DNA from: Squalus acanthias
Lineage: Eukaryota
Direction of reading: 5' to 3'
Assembly (NCBI GenBank): GCA_030390025.1
Contig: CM059425.1
Span: forward strand, 260,586,001-260,650,000
Length of the DNA stretch: 64,000 nucleotides
Part shown: piece after piece, positions 39,859-52,700 of the stretch
Layout of the letters: each line of letters starts with the position of its first letter
How positions within the stretch are numbered: the stretch's first letter is position 1
Made by a program: the position numbers and the translations under genes
Notes under the pieces: model-generated
Seen by the model: the letters and a program-made list of their open reading frames with translations, nothing else
What the model was told of the DNA's origin: nothing
The model's database searches: none

Positions 39859-41195
39859 TTGAAAAACAGTGACAGGATTGGACAAAGTCAACATGGATTT
39901 ACAAAAGGTAAATCGTGCTTGACTAATGTACTGGAATTTTTTGAGGATGTAACTGATAGAATAGATAAGGGAGAACCAGTGGATGTGGCGTATTTGGACT
40001 TTCAGAAGGCTTTCGATAAGGTCCCGCATAAGAGATTAGCGTGTAAAGTTAAGGCACATGGGATTGGGGGCAAGGTACTGACTTGGATAGAGAACTGGTT
40101 GGCAGACAGGAAGCAAAGAGTTGGAATAAACGGGTCTTTTTCCGAGTGGCAGGCAGTGACTAGTGGGGTTCCGCAGGGATCGGTACGAGGACCCCAGCTA
40201 TTCACTATATATATTAATGATCTAGACAAGGGAACTAGATGTAATATCTCCAAGTTTGCAGATGACACAAAGCTGGGTGGGCATGTGTGCTGTGAGGAGG
40301 ATGCCAAGAAACTCCAGTATGATTTGGACAGGTTGGGTGATTGGGCAGAAGCATGGCAGATGCAGTATAATGTGGATAAATGCGAGGTTATCCACTTTGG
40401 TGGCAAAAACAGAAAGGCAGATTATTATCTGAACGGCAATAGATTGGGAGAAGGGGAAGTGCAATGAGACCTGGGTGTCCTTGTGCACCAGTCACTGAAG
40501 GTAAGCATGCAGGTACAGCAGACGGTTAAGAAGGCAAATGGTATGTTGGCCTTCGTAGCGAGAGAGTTTGAGTACAGGAACAAAGATGTCATGCTGCAGC
40601 TGTACAGGGCCTTGGTGAGACCACACCTTGAGTACTGTGTGCAGTTTTGGTCGCCTTATCTGAGGAAGGATGTTCTTGCCATGGAGGGTGTGCAGCGAAG
40701 ATTCACCAGACTGATACCTGGGATGGCAGGAATGACGTACGAGGAGAGATTGGGTCGATTGGGCTTATACTCACTGGAGTTTAGAAGAATGAGAGGAGAT
40801 CTCATTGAAACTTATAAAATTCTAACAGGGCTAGACAGACTGGATGCAGGAAGGATGTTCCCGATGGCGGGTGAGTCCAGAACAAGAGGTCACAGTCAAA
40901 AGATAAGGGGTAAGCCATTTAGGACAGAGATGAGGAGGAATTTCTTCACGCAGAGAGTGGTGAACCTGTGGAATTCTCTACCACAGAAGGCAGTTGAGGC
41001 CAAGTCAGTAAATATATTCAAGAAGGAGTTAGACATATTTCTTAAGGCTAAAGGTATCAAGGGATATGGGGAGAAGGCAGGGACAGGGTACTGAGTTTGG
41101 ATGATCAGCCATGATCTCATTAAATGGCGGAGCAGGCTCGAGGGGCCGCATGGCCTACTCCTGCTCCTATCTTCTATGTTTCTATGTTTCTATGG
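39859..41195 (+). mobile_element. 5'-truncated CR1 RT with one stop (same subfamily as 24621-25757)
   Basis: ORFs 39859-40467 and 40483-41094; CGA>TGA stop; (TTTCTATG)n tail. Confidence 0.9.
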
Positions 41196-43639
41196 ATACA
41201 GGTGACGTCAGCCATTGAAATTTCATCTGTCAAGAGCTTTTGACAGATGAAATTTCAGCGTTTGACAGCTCTGTGAAGCTGTCAAACACTGACAATATGA
41301 TTTCTAACGTGAGTCCCTGTACTTAGACTCAGTTAGAAATCAATCCAGCACAGAAAGCAGAACTGCAGCTTTTGACAGCTCTGCGGCCATTCTGCTTTCT
41401 GTGCCGGTGAGATTTCTGACTCCCGAGACCTGAAGGGCTGACACCTGCAGGAGGAAGTTAAGGTAAGTAAAACTTTTTTCCACACTTTACACTTACCTTA
41501 CAGACTTACCTCTGCAGACATGCACCCATCACTCACCTGCCCACTGGACATATTGACCCCTCCAACTCCTGCAGACCCACGGTCCGCCTTGCTGAAACGG
41601 CGTGGTTGGGACCTGTCGCGTAGCCCACACTTCAGGGCTAAAAATAGGGATTAGGCAACAAACTGCCTGTTAACTACCTGTTAACAGGCAGTTAATTGTC
41701 ACTAATCCCCTTCCCGCCTCGGGGAAGCGGCTCCCAGCACAGGTCGGGTACCCGCCTCCTGTGAAACTGGCATGGAGGCAGGTTGGGGGCAGGATGGGTT
41801 CGGGACCCCCGAATCTGCTATTTTGACACCCCACGCGCCTCCAAACCCGCCTCCACGGGCCGGTGTAAATTCTGCACAAAGTATTTGTTTAATTTCACTG
41901 CCATTTCCTTATTCCCCATTATAATTTCTCCTGTCTCAGCCTGTAAGGCACCCACATTTACTTTTGCTAATCTTTTCCTTTTTACATACCTATAGAAGCT
42001 TTTACAGTCTGTTTTTATGTCTCTCGCTTGTTTATTATCATATTCTATTTTCTCTTTCTTTATCAATTTCTTGGTCCTCCTTTGCTGAATTGTAAAATCC
42101 TCCCAATCCTCAGGCTTATAACTCTTTTTGGCAGCTTTATAAGCATCTTCCTTTGATCTAATACTATCTTTAACTTCTCTTGTTAGCCATGGTTGGATCA
42201 CTTTTCCTGTGGGGTTTTTGTGCCTTAAAGGAATGTATATTTGTGGAAATTATGTATTAATTCTTTAAATGCTAGCCATTGCTCATCCAATGTCATACCT
42301 TTTAATGTAATTTCCCAATCTACCTTCGCCAACTCACCCCTCATACCTACGTAGTTTGCTTCATTTAGATTTAAGACACTAGTTTCGGATTTAACTAAGT
42401 CACTTTCAAACTCAATATAAAATTCTATCATATTATGGTCACTCTTCCCTAAAGGCCCCTCTACTGTAAGGTTATTAATTAACCCTTTCTCATTGCACAA
42501 TACTAGATCTAAAATAGCCTGTTCCCTAGTTGGTTCCTCAACATACTGATCTAAAAACTATCTTGCATACATTCCATGAATTCGTCCTCCTCACTATTAC
42601 TGCAAATTTGGTTTGCCCAGTCTATATGTAGATTAAAGTCCCCCATGATTACTGTATTACCCTTGTTGCATGTGCCTCTAATTTCCTGATTTATACTCTG
42701 CCCTACATTACAACTACTGCTTGGGGGCCTATAAACAACTCCCACCAATGTTTTCTGCCATTGCTGTTTCTTAGCTCCACCCAAATTGATTCTACTTCTT
42801 GATTTTCGGAGCTCAGATCCTTTCTCTCTACTGTCTTTATCCCATCCTTTATTATCAGGGCTACCCCTCCTCCTTTTCCATTTTGCCTATCTCTAATAAA
42901 AGTTAAGTATCCTGGAATATTTAGTTCCCAAACTTGGCCACTTTGCAACCATGTCTCTGTTATGGCTATTAGATCAAACCTGTTAATTTCTATCTGCGCT
43001 ATTAATTCATCTATTTTGTTGCGAATGCTTCGCGCATTCAGATATAGTGCCTTTAGCTTTGACTTAGTTCTATTTTTCCCTGATGTCACCTTAGTCACTG
43101 ATGCCCTATTGCCTTTGTTACTCTCTCTGTCCCTTCCTGACCCACTCTGCTTATTTTTACCCAAAACTCTACTCTGCTCTAGAGTCTTGACATTTCTCTC
43201 GCTGCTTTTAAATTTACTCTTTCCTGAATCATCCCACCCCACCTTCATTAGTTTAAAATCCTGTCTACTGCCCTAGTTATTCGGTTCACCAGGACACTGG
43301 TCCCAGCCCGGTTTAAGTGGAGCCCATCCCAACGGAATGTTTGTCCCTATGCCAGTTTGCGCGTGGCTTAGGTAACAATCCAGAGATTATTACCTTTGAA
43401 GTTCTGCTTTTTAATTTGGATCCTAGCTCCTGAAACTGCCTCAGCAGAACCTCATTCCGAATTCTACCTATGTCGTTGGTTCCTACATGGACCATGACAA
43501 TTGGATCCTCCCCCTCCCACTCCAGATTCTTCTCCAGCTGCGAGGAGATGACCTTAACCCTGGCTCAGGGCCGGCAACACAACCTTCGGAACTCTTGGTC
43601 GCAGCGGCAGAGAACAGTATCTCTCCCCCTGACTATACC

Positions 43640-43915
43640 GAGACCCCCGTCTGCCCTCGCGGGTGGTTGTAAAAATCCCATGGCACTTCAAGAAGAGCAG
43701 CCGAGTTCTCCCTAGCGTCCTGGCCAATACGTAAACCCTCAACCCACATCACTGAAACATCGGTCATTATCTCATTGCTGTTTGTGTGACTTTGCTGTGC
43801 ACAAATTGGCAGTCGCATTTCCCTGCATTACAACAGCAAGGAGTCATCATTGATTGTAAAGCGCTTTAGGACGACCTGAGTTTGTAAAAGGCGCTGTATA
43901 AATGCAAGTCTTTCT
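43640..43915 (+). mobile_element. Deu-SINE 3' part
   Basis: ATTGCTGTTTGTG...TTGCTGTGCACAAATTGGC and AAATGCAAGTCTTTC end. Confidence 0.7.
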
Positions 43916-44230
43916 TTATCAAACATCTACCACTATTAAGGAAGTAAAACACTCACAAGAATCAAAAAAACCCTTGCACACTCTGCTTTGCGTCTTACCG
44001 TTTTAACAACAAACGCACAAAAACCTTACACGCACACACCGTGCGAATATGAGTATTGAAGTCACAGGTCTACTACTCAGGTTTTATTTACCGAATCAGA
44101 AATTCAATTAGGCACATCTGCATTCCCAATTATCCACATGTGGCTAGCGGCAAATGTATTGGACAACACTGACATAAAGCAAAGTTAGTGAAACATCGGT
44201 TGGTACAATTGTTCTTTCGGATGTACTCAC

Positions 44231-44282
44231 TGTTCAGCATGGACACAGTCAGTAAAAGAAGGTGAATGAGAGAATGCGGCAT
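44231..44282 (-). CDS. Gene A first coding exon: signal peptide MPHSLIHLLLLTVSMLN
   Basis: ATG in CAAACATGC context, hydrophobic core, consensus donor A|GTGAGT, phase 1 matching the V exons; lies in non-repeat DNA. Confidence 0.75.
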
Positions 44283-44530
44283 GTTTGCTTGTTGAGAGCC
44301 CAATTCCTTCTCAGAATTCTCCAGTTACTGTTGGTGAAGAGGAAGCTTCAAGTTATTTAAGGCTCACGTCGGAGTGACATCGCACATTTCACTATCTCAG
44401 CCATCGCACTGAAAATACGTAACAGGAAGCACCGATTAAATAGAGGTTTCATTCTTCAGAAGGTAACGTTAAACGAACAGTCCATTAAGAATCAATTTGA
44501 AACATGGGGACTATTTAATGAGCGAATATT
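44283..44530 (-). promoter_or_regulatory. Candidate gene A promoter: TATA-like TTAAATAA (44360-44353), ETS/PU.1-like AAGAGGAAGC (44337) and CAGGAAGC (44423)
   Basis: Motifs in unique DNA just upstream of the leader exon; function inferred only. Confidence 0.4.
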
Positions 44531-44534
44531 GTGT

Positions 44535-44990
44535 TAGCCGTGTCTCAGTTGTTGGACTCTGGCCTCTGAGTTAGAAGGTGAGTTCAAGACCCACTCCAGA
44601 GACTTGAGCACTAAATCCAGGCTGACACTCCCAGTGCGGTGCTGAGGGAGTGCTGCACTGTCAGAGGTGCCATGGTTTGGATGAGACGTTAAACCGACGC
44701 CCCGTCTGCTCTCTCAGGTGGACGTAAAAGATCCCACGCCACTATTTCGAAGAAGAGTAGCGGAGTTATCCCCGGTACCCTGGCCAATATTTAACCCACA
44801 ATCAACATCACTAAAAAACAAATTATCTCCTTATTTATCACATTGCTGTTTGTGGGAGCTTGCTGTGCGTAAATTGGCTTCCGCGTTTCTTTCATTACAA
44901 CAGTGATTACACTTCAAAAAGTACTTAATTGGCTGTAAATCACTTTGGGACGTCTCGAGCTGGTGAAAAGCGCCATATAAATGCAAATTG
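44535..44990 (+). mobile_element. Full-length Deu-SINE (SacSINE1-like)
   Basis: tRNA-like head, GGGAGTGCTGCACTGTCAGAGG, Deu domain, AAATGCAA end. Confidence 0.8.
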
Positions 44991-45626
44991 TCTGCCGCGT
45001 TGCCTGGAGCTGGTCAGTAATGCTGCCTGCAATCCTGTGACTTGTTCTCAATCACATTCACTATGTAGCACAAGATCCTATTTGCCCTTATTTACTGCTG
45101 TTGCCCACCACGCAGACACTGAGCTGACAGGGGAGGGAGCAATATCTGCCCTGGCAGGACACAAGCCTATCCCGTGGAGGCTGGGACATTAAATACATTT
45201 AAGGTGGAGATAGACAGATTTTTGCAAGATAAGGGAGTGAAGGGTTGTGGGGAGCGGGCGGGGAAGTGGCTTTGAGCCCAAGTTCAGCCATGATCTTATT
45301 GAATGGCGGAGCAGGCTCGAGGGGCCAAGTGGCCTATTCCTGCTCCTATTTCTTATGTTCTTATTAGCTTCAGAGCTGCTATGGGTTAACCGCTTACGTG
45401 GAGCTGCTCACTTGTGCTTGGTGTCTGCGTTGGCGGGGACTTGGTGGGTGAAATCAAACGTGCTGAAAGGGACTTCCTCATCTGAAGCTGGCTGGTTTGC
45501 CTTGTCAAATATCACAAGTATTTTTATTTTCTTCGTTAACTCGAAATTTAAGAAGGAAGTAACATGAAAATAGCGAGGAACCGTCACGGTTCCACAGAGT
45601 CAGTGGTCGGCCGTCAGAGAGATCTC

Positions 45627-48600
45627 ATAAGAACATAAGAAGTAAGAGCAGGAGTGGGCCATACGGCCCCTCGAGCCTGCTCCGCCATTCAATAAGATAA
45701 TGGCTGATCATCGACCTCAACTCCACTTTCCCACCCGATCTCCATATCCCTTGATTCCCCTAGAGTCCAAAAATCTATCTATCTCAGCCTTAAATATACT
45801 CAAAGACTCAGCATCCACAGCCCTCTGGGGTAGAGAATTCCAAAGATTCACAACCCTCTGAGTGAAGAAATTCCTCCTCATCTCAGTCTTAAATGGCCGA
45901 CCCCTTATCCTGAGACTATGGCCCCTAGTTCTAGACACTCCAGCCAGGGGAAACAACCTCTCAGCATCTACCCTGTCAATCCCCTTCAGAATCTTGTATG
46001 TTTCAATGAGATCACCTCTCATTCTTCTAAACTCCAGAGAGTATAGGCCCATTCTACTCAACCTCTCATCATAGGACAGCCCTCTCATCCCAGGAATCAA
46101 TCTAGTGAACCTTTGTTGCACCGCCTCCAAGGCAAGTATAACCTTCCTTAGATAAGGAGACCAAAACTGTGCACCGTACTCCAGTTGTGGTCTCTCCAAG
46201 CCCCTGTACAATTGTAGCAAGACTTCCTTACTCTTATACTCCAACCCCCTTGCAATAAAGACCAACATGCCATTTGCCTTCCTTATTGCTTGCTGTACCT
46301 GCATGCTAGTTTTCTGTGTTTCTTGCGCAAGGACACCCAAATCTCTCTGAACACCAACATTAGAAATTTTCTCACCATTTAAAAAATATTCTGTTTTTCT
46401 ATTCTTCCTACCAAAGTGAATAACCTCACATTTCCCCACATTATACTCCATCTGCCACCTTACTGCCCACTCACTTAGTCTATCTATATCCCTTTGCAGA
46501 CTCTTTGTGTTCTCCTCACCGCTTACTGTCCCACCTAGCTTTGTATCATCAGCAAACTTGGATATATTACACTCGGTCCCTTCATCTAGGGCATTAATAT
46601 AGATTGTAAATAGCTGAGGCCCCAACACTGATCCTTGCGGCACCCCACTAGTTACAGCCTGCCAACCTGAAAAAGATTTGTTTATCCCTACTCTCTGTTT
46701 TCTGTTTGTTAACCAATCCTCTATAAGAACATAAGAACATAAGAAATAGGAGCAGGAATAGGCCACTTGGCCCCTCGAGCCTGCTCCGCCATTCAATAAG
46801 ATCATGGCTGATCTTGGGCTCAAAGCCACTCCCCTGCCCGCTCCCCATAACCCTTCACTCCCTTATCTTGCAAAAATCTGTCTATCTCCACCTTAAATGC
46901 ATTTAATGATCCAGCCTCCACAGCTCTCTGGGACAGAGAATTCCACAGATTTACGACCCTCTGAGAGAAGAAATTCCTCCTCATCTCAGTTCTAAAAGGG
47001 CGACCCTTTATTCTGAAACTATGCCCCTGAGTTCTAGATTTCCCCACGAGGAGAAACATCCTCTCTGCATCTACCTTGTCGAGCCCCCTTAGTATCTTAT
47101 ATGTTTCAATAAGATCACTTCTCATTCTTCTAAATTCCAATGAGTATAGGCCCAACCTGCTCAACCTTTCTTCATAAATCAACCCGCTCATCTCAGGAGT
47201 CAACCTAGTGAATCGTCTCTGAACTGCCTCCAATGCAAGTATATCCTTCCTTAAATAAGGAGACCAAAACTGTACGCAGTACTCAAGGTGTGGTCTCACC
47301 AACGCCCTGTACAGTTGTAGCAGGACTTCCCTGCTTTTATACTCCAACCCCCTTGCAATAAAGGCCAACATTCCATTTGCCTTTTTGATTACTTGCTGTA
47401 CCTGCATGCTAACTTTTTGTGTTTCATGCACAAGGACCCCCAGGTCCCTCTGAATTGTAGCATTTTGTAATCTCTCTACATTTAAATAATTTGATTTTTT
47501 ATTTTTCCTGCCAAAGTGGATAACCTCGCACTTTCCCACATTATACTCCATCTGCCAAATGTTTGCCCATTCACTTAGCCTGTCTATATCCCTTTGCAGG
47601 TTCTTTGAGTCCTCTGCACAACTTGCTTTCCCACCCATTTTTGTATCATCCGCAAACTTGGCTACATTACACTCAGTCCCTTCATCCAAGTCATTAATGT
47701 AGATTGTAAATAGTTGAGGCCCCAGCACCGATCCCTGTGGCACCCCACTAGTTACCATTTGCCAACCGGAAAATGACCCATTTATCCCGACTCTCTGCTT
47801 TCTGTTAGTTAGCCAATTCTCTATCCATGCTACTATATTACCCCCAACCCCATGAGCCCTAATCTTGTGTAATAACCTTTTATGTGGCACCTTATCAAAT
47901 GCCTTTTGGAAAACCAAATGTAAGACATCCACTGGTTCCCCTTTATCTACCCTGGTAGTTACATCCTCAAAAAACTCTAATAAATTAGTCAAACATGATT
48001 TCCCTTTCATAAAACCATGTTGACTCTGCCTAATCATGTTATGATTTTCTAAGTGACTTGATACCACTTCCTTAACAATGGATTCCCCCATTTTCCCGAC
48101 AACTGATGTCAGGCTAACTGGCCTGTAGTTCCCTGTTTTTTCTCTCCCTTCTTTCTTGAATAGCGGTGTTACATTTGCGACCTTCCAATCCACTGGGACC
48201 ATTTCAGAAACTAGGGAAATTTGGAAGATCAAAACCAATGCATCCATTATCTCTTCAGCCACCTCTTTGAGAACCCTAGGATGTAGGCCGTCAGGTCCCG
48301 GGGATTTGTCGGCTTTTAGTCCCATTAGTTTCTCTAGTACTTTTTCTCTACTTATGTTAATTACGTTAAGTTCCTCACCCTCATTAGACCCTTGGTTCCC
48401 CGCCATTTTTGGTATGCTTTTTGTGTCTTCTACTGTGAAGACAGAAACAAAATATTTTTTCACATTTCTGCCATTTCCTTATTCCCCATAATAATTTATC
48501 CTGTCTCAGCCTCTAAGGGACCAACGTTTACTTTGGCTACTCCTTTCCTTTTTACATACTTGTAGAAACTCTTGCAATCTGCTTTTATATTTCTTGCTAG

Positions 48601-49440
48601 TTTTCTTTCATATTCTATTTTTTCCCTTTTTATCAATTTTTTGGTCAACCTTTGCTGGTTTCTGAAACTCTCCCAATCCTCAGGATTTCTATTATTCTTT
48701 GCAACATTATAAGATTCTTCTTTCAATCTAATGCTGTCGTGAACTTATTTTTTTCAGCCACGGTTGGAACACTTTTCCCGTGGAATTTTTGTTTCTCAAT
48801 GGAATGTATTTTTGTTGAGAATTATGAAATATTTCTTTAAATGCTAGCCACTGCTTATCTACCGCCATACCTTTTAATCTATTTTTCCAATCTGCCTTAG
48901 CCAACTCGCCCCTCATACCTATGTAATTGGATTTACTTAAGTTTAAGACTCTAGTTTCGGACTTAGGACAAGTCACTCTCAAAATTAATGCGCCGTATTT
49001 TCCGATGCCTACGGGTGTGTACGCGCTGTGTACAAACCCGTAGGGACATCAGAAATGACGGATTCAGGCAAGCGAAGTGCATGTGCTGAAAACCGGTATT
49101 TCCGATCTGTCAAGAATGATCTTTTAAAATACTTTAAAAAAAGTTAAGTTTATTTTTAGCCATGTAAAAAACTTTAATTATTTTTTTTTTAATTTCATTT
49201 TTGTTTAAAATATTAAATTTATTGTAATTTCAACTCATTTAAAAAATGTGATGTTTTTTTAAAATGTATTTAATGTTTTACTGTATTTTTGGGGTGATCT
49301 CCATTCATAGAATTTCACATTGGCCTGTCAAATATATCGTATTGTGATCACTCTGTCCCAGAGGATCCTTTACTATGAGATTGCTAATTAAACCTGTCTC
49401 ATTGCACAATACAATATCTGAAATAGCCTGTTCCCTGGTC
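45627..49440 (-). mobile_element. Composite of CR1 copies (45627-46723; 46724-48985; 49320-49440) with a small MITE-like insert at ~48985-49320
   Basis: RT ORFs 45717-46829 and 46820-48463; two CR1 tails at 45627 and 46724. Confidence 0.88.
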
Positions 49441-49461
49441 ACCACTGAAGGAGTGAAGAGA

Positions 49462-49510
49462 ATGCTGTGGATTGTCTTTTGTGCACTCGCCCTGGCCATC
49501 TCGGCAGAAC
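49462..49510 (+). CDS. Gene B first coding exon: signal peptide MLWIVFCALALAISAE
   Basis: ATG in AGAATGC, strongly hydrophobic, donor C|GTACGT, phase 1 matching the V exon at 54756. Confidence 0.75.
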
Positions 49511-50064
49511 GTACGTATTCCCCAAGAGGAGGCAGGAACCCATTTTCTTAACGTTAAACCGTTTTAGTAAAATAATTAACTGCGTAGGAAAGAACTGGAC
49601 CTCACTGGAAACTGAGAAGGATCAGTTCTTTGGTACTATACTGAAGTCTCGAACCAAGTGAGGCCCCTGCCACGGATAAAAACCTTTATATTTATGCATA
49701 CGCGTGTTGTTACGTTTGTGTGTGTGATCTAATTATCTTTGTAAATTAGAAGATTTTGCGATACAGTATATGAGCAACTTGAGACAAGATGTAGAATCAC
49801 GTTGAGTGGAGCTAAGAAACAGCAAAGGGCAGGAAACACTGGTGAGAGGAGTTTATAGGCCCCCCAACAGTAGATGTAGAGTCGGGCACAGTATAAATCA
49901 GGAAATTAGAGGTACATGTAACAAAGGTAATACAGTAATCATGGGAGAATTTAATTTTCATATAGACTGGGCAAAGCAAATTTGCAGTAATAGTGCGGAA
50001 GATGAGTTCATGGAATGCATTCAAGATAGTTTGAGATCAGTGTGTCGAGGCACCAACTAGGGAC

Positions 50065-52700
50065 CAACAACAGCTTGTATTTATATAGCGCCTTTAACAT
50101 AGTAAAAAGTCCCAAAGCGCTTCACAGAAGTATTATGGACAAAAATTTGACACCGAGCCACATAAGGAGAAATTAGGGCAGATGAGCAAAAGCTTAGTCA
50201 AAGAGGTAGGTTTTAAGGGGCGTCTTAAAGGAGAAAAGAGAGGTAGACAGGCGGAGAGATTTAGACAGGGAATTCCAGATCTTAGAGCCTAGGCAACAAG
50301 AAGGCACGGCCACCAAAGGTTGAGCGATTATAATCAGAGATGCTCAAGAGGCCAGAATTAGAGGAGCGCAGATATCTCGGGGGGTTGTGGGGCTGGGGGA
50401 AATTACAGAGATAGGGAGGGGCGAGGGCATGGCGGGATTTGAAAACAAGGATGAGAATTTTGAAATCGCGGTGTTGCTTAACCGGGAGCTAATGTAGGTC
50501 AGCGAGCACAGGGGTAATGGGTGAACAGAACTCCATGCGAGTTAGGTCACGGGCAGCCAAGATTTGGCTGATCTCAAGTTTACGTAGGGTAGAATGTGGG
50601 AGGCCAGCCAGGAGTGCGTTGGAATAGTCAGTCTAGAGGTAACAAAGGCATGGATGAGGGTTTCAGCAGCGGATGAGCTGAGGCAGGGGCGGAGACGGGT
50701 GATGTTACGTAGGTGGAAATAGGCGGTCTTAATTATTCCACAGATATGTGTTCGGAAGCTCATTTCAGGGTCAAAAAGCCAACCCTGAGGAGAGAGAACC
50801 GTTAACAATGTCAGCTAACATGCTCATTTCTGCCCCAGACAGATGTTAGGGAGAGGGATGGAGTCAGTGGCTAGGGAATGGAGTTGGTGGCGGGGACCGA
50901 AAACAATGGCTTCGGTCTTCCCAATATTCAAGTGGAGAAAATTTCTACTCATCCAGAACTGTATGTCCGACAAGCAGTCTGACAATTTAGAGATGGTGGA
51001 GGGGTCGAGAGAAGTGGTGGAGAGGTAGAGCTGGGTGTCGTCAGCGTACATGTGGAAACTGACGCCGTGTTTTCGGATTATGTAGCCAAGGGGCAACATG
51101 TAGTTGAGAAATAGGAGGGGGCCAAGGATAGATCCTTGGGGGACACCAGAGGTAACGATGCGGGAGTGGGAAGAGAAGCTATTGCAGGTGATTCTCTGGC
51201 TATGATTAGATAGATAAGAATGGAAACAGGCGACAACACATTCAAGGACTTTGGAGAAGAAAGGGAGTTTGGAGATGGGGCGCTAGTTTGCAAGGACAGA
51301 GGGATCAATGGTTGTTTTTTTGAGGAGAGGGGTGATGATGGCAGATTTGAGGGAGGGGCACAGTACCTGAGGAGAGAGAACCGTTAACAATGTCAGCTAA
51401 CATGGGAGCCAGAAAAGGAAGTTGGGTGGTCAGCAGTTTGGTCGGAATAGGGTCGAGGGAGCAGGAGGTGGGTCTCCTGGACTAGATGAGCGTGGAGAGG
51501 TCATGAGGGGAGATCGGACAGAAACTGGAAAAAGATGCGGGTTTAGGGCTAGGGCAGGGGGGAACCTTCGAGAAAGTGCCCGGTGGGCATGGGGAAGGAA
51601 GGGAAGTGGCAGAGGCAGCTAATCAGATTGGTTCAATCTTAGAGACAAAGAAGTCCATGAGCTCCTCTCTTGTAAGAGTATTAGAAGAGAGTTTTTTCCA
51701 GATGCGGTCACAGAAGGAAGTAGGGTTGGTAGGGGGAAGGGGGATGTGGGTGGAGAGCGATATGAGGAAGTGGTCAGAGATGGCCTTATCTGCGATTGAC
51801 ACATTGGGAGTAGCGAGGCCACGAGAGATGGCAAGGTCGAGGGGGTGGCCGTGAATATGGGTTGGGGACTTTACATGGAGGAAGAGATTAAGGGAGGATA
51901 GGAGGCTAGTGAATTCGGAGGACAGAGAGAATGATGAGATGAGATGGAGGTTGAAATTACCGAGGATGAGAAGTCGATCGGTGCAGATGCTGAGGGAGGA
52001 GAACAGTGAAGATATCTCGGTAATAAAATTTTAATGGTACTTGGGTAGGCGGTAGAGAATGGGAATTTTAAATGAGAGGTGAGAGGGGAGGAATAAGGTG
52101 AGATGCTCAAAGGAGGAGAAAGTGCCGGAGGAGTAGGGGGCAGACCAAAGTGTGATTTGGTGATGAGAGCCACACCGCCACCATGCCAGTCTGAGCGGGG
52201 CAAGTGGTGGGAGGTATAGCCAGGCGGGGAGGCTTCATTTAAGGGTAAGGTGTCATCACCCCTCAACCAAGTTTCCGTCAGGGCCATGATGTCAATGCAT
52301 GATAAGCTCATGGATGGCAAGGGCCTTGTTCACAAGTGAACGGACATTCTGGAAGGAGATGCGGAGAGGGTTGGTGATGGCTGACCCACTGCCAGTGTCC
52401 ACAGGGTCAGCGCTGGGAGGGGCGAGTTGGACGGGGAGGAGATTGGCAACATTAGCACCCAGTGGACGCGCTGGGCGGGAATGTCGGTGAGAGAGTATGA
52501 TGGGGCAGTTGGGGTTGTTGCTCGTGAGGGGGCAGCGACGAGTGCCACGGTGGGCCTTTTGGAGGATGCCAAGAGAGGCACAGAGCTGTAGGCTTATCTA
52601 AGAGGGAGTCAAGCCTGGAACAGTGGCAGGAGAGTAGGAAGGTCGAAGAGTAATGAAGGATTGGGATGGTGTTTGGGTGAGCAGTGTATCCGAGAGAGAA
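50065..52700 (-). mobile_element. Decayed L2-like LINE (APE plus RT) with internal deletions
   Basis: IDIMALTETWL, YADDTQLY, HLNIGKTEAI, AETLIHAFVTSRL. Confidence 0.85.

Larger units (their letters stand above)
37392..41877. mobile_element. Harbinger-type MITE carrying two nested CR1 insertions
   Basis: Ends GGGCTCGATTTTG...GTAAATTCTGCAC, 3-bp TSD AAA (37389-37391, 41878-41880); MITE pieces at ~37392-37414, 39745-39858, 41196-41877. Confidence 0.75.
35680..43650 (-). mobile_element. Near full-length decayed CR1 (ORF1 esterase ~43300-43630, APE, RT, tail) split by a MITE at 37392-41877
   Basis: GTNDIGR esterase motif, LNARSIRNK, ETWL; RT at 35800-37390; host reads GACACAAA|GTATTTG across the insert. 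Confidence 0.85.

Noticed and set aside
44535-44620. tRNA-like sequences (also ~53060 and ~32575)
   Set aside because: SINE heads continuing into Deu or V domains, not tRNA genes.
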